Source: an uncultured Peptococcaceae bacterium (GTDB lineage: Bacteria; Bacillota; Dehalobacteriia; UBA4068). Taken from it: 27,632 nucleotides of DNA. The notes beneath the pieces are model-generated. The model saw nothing but the letters and a program-made list of their open reading frames with translations. It ran no database searches and had not been told where the DNA came from. Shown piece by piece: positions 26,708 through 27,632 of this stretch. Where the stretch lies: positions 1-27,632 of the forward strand of contig CAMZIS010000001.1 in NCBI GenBank assembly GCA_947307285.1, given 5' to 3'. A program made the position numbers and the translations under genes. The first letter of the stretch is position 1, and every line of letters begins with the position of its first letter.

Positions 26708-27632
26708 ATAGCCACGGTGAGGGCCAGGGCGAAAAAGGCGAAGAGCCCGGCCACGGCCAAAGCGGCGAACATCAGGGTCAGGGACTGGCCCAGGCCGTTC
26801 AAGGCCGCGGACAGGTTTTCGTCCCCCAGAGGCTGGGCCAGGGCTCCCGTCAGGCGGAACAGCAGGGCCTGGACCAGGATGCGCACCGCAGGCACGCCGC
26901 AGATCAGCAGCAGGGCCAGAGCGCCGCTAAGGCCCAGCGTGCCTTTTAAGGCCAGCACCGTGCCGAGGACGCTGTCCAGGCTGTCCGCCAGGGCCCGGCC
27001 CACCAGAGGTATAAAGGCGCCGCTGGCCGTCTTTACCGCCTTCACCGCCAGCCCGTCCCGGCCGGCGGAGGCCAGTCCCGACAGGCTGAGGAAGGCCACG
27101 AAGACAGTGGTGATGACGCTGAGCAGCCCTATTGCCACGTCCCGGCACAGGCCGGCCAGTCGGCTCACGTTGAAGGAGGGGGCCAGCTGTGAGCAGAGTC
27201 TGAGCAGCGCGCCGCACCAGATCAGGGGAAATACCGCATTCTTCAGCAGCTCCATCAGCAGGTTCAGGCAAAAGAGCAGCGCCGGGGCAAGCGTGGCCGC
27301 GGTGCTGACCCCGCCCAAGGCCGCCAGCAGGGGCATGAGCAGGGGCAGCAGCAGAAACAGCAGCTGCGACACATCGTTCACCGCCCGCTGCGCCGCCTGC
27401 ATGCAGGAGGAAAAGGAAGTCAGGGCCAGAGACAGCAGGAGCAGGCTGACCACCCAGGCGGAGAGAGCCGCGACGCGGCCCTCGGACAGACTGTCCCGCA
27501 GCAGGGTGAGCAGCAGAGACAGCAAAGCCAGGGCCAGCAGACGGGCCAGCAGCCCGGCGCTGTTTTTCAGCTCTCCCAGCAACAGGGAGGAAAAAAGCCC
27601 GCTCAGGCGGGGTATGACGCCGGCGTCAGCCT
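26680..27632 (-). CDS. spoIIIAE: Stage III sporulation protein AE (5' end outside window)
   Basis: Multi-TM protein with KTASGAFIPLVGRAL and AQPLGD motifs. Frame stays open to the window edge; the 27582 start in the ORF track is an internal TTG. Confidence 0.93.
   Translation of the reverse strand, partial: ADAGVIPRLSGLFSSLLLGELKNSAGLLARLLALALLSLLLTLLRDSLSEGRVAALSAWVVSLLLLSLALTSFSSCMQAAQRAVNDVSQLLFLLLPLLMPLLAALGGVSTAATLAPALLFCLNLLMELLKNAVFPLIWCGALLRLCSQLAPSFNVSRLAGLCRDVAIGLLSVITTVFVAFLSLSGLASAGRDGLAVKAVKTASGAFIPLVGRALADSLDSVLGTVLALKGTLGLSGALALLLICGVPAVRILVQALLFRLTGALAQPLGDENLSAALNGLGQSLTLMFAALAVAGLFAFFALALTVAMGSVTMMMR

Overview
GC-rich chromosomal segment of a spore-forming Firmicute (Clostridia-like; lineage inferred from gene content). 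Every credible gene is on the minus strand. In transcription order (right to left) there are three blocks. (1) End of the spoIIIA operon (AE truncated, AF, AG, AH), then asp23, amaP, DUF2273, nusB, a TsaD/Kae1 paralogue, xseA, xseB and ispA. (2) A four-gene envelope cassette: lipoprotein, murJ, tagO/wecA-type transferase and a membrane-anchored SH3b protein. (3) dprA, topA, trmFO, xerC, hslV, hslU, then rpsB, tsf, pyrH, frr, a 2[4Fe-4S] ferredoxin missed by the ORF track, uppS, cdsA, dxr, rseP and ispG (truncated). I see no transposase, phage gene, CRISPR array, tRNA or rRNA. The long plus-strand ORFs are antisense shadows. The most unusual signals are an 80-bp-periodic duplication of the spoIIIAE/AF junction, a densely structured 183-bp asp23-amaP spacer, a Spo0A-box pair at the envelope-cassette promoter, absence of codY from its usual slot, an N-terminally extended NusB and a Cys at the DXR Ser222-equivalent position. 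None of these is proven to be a new system.
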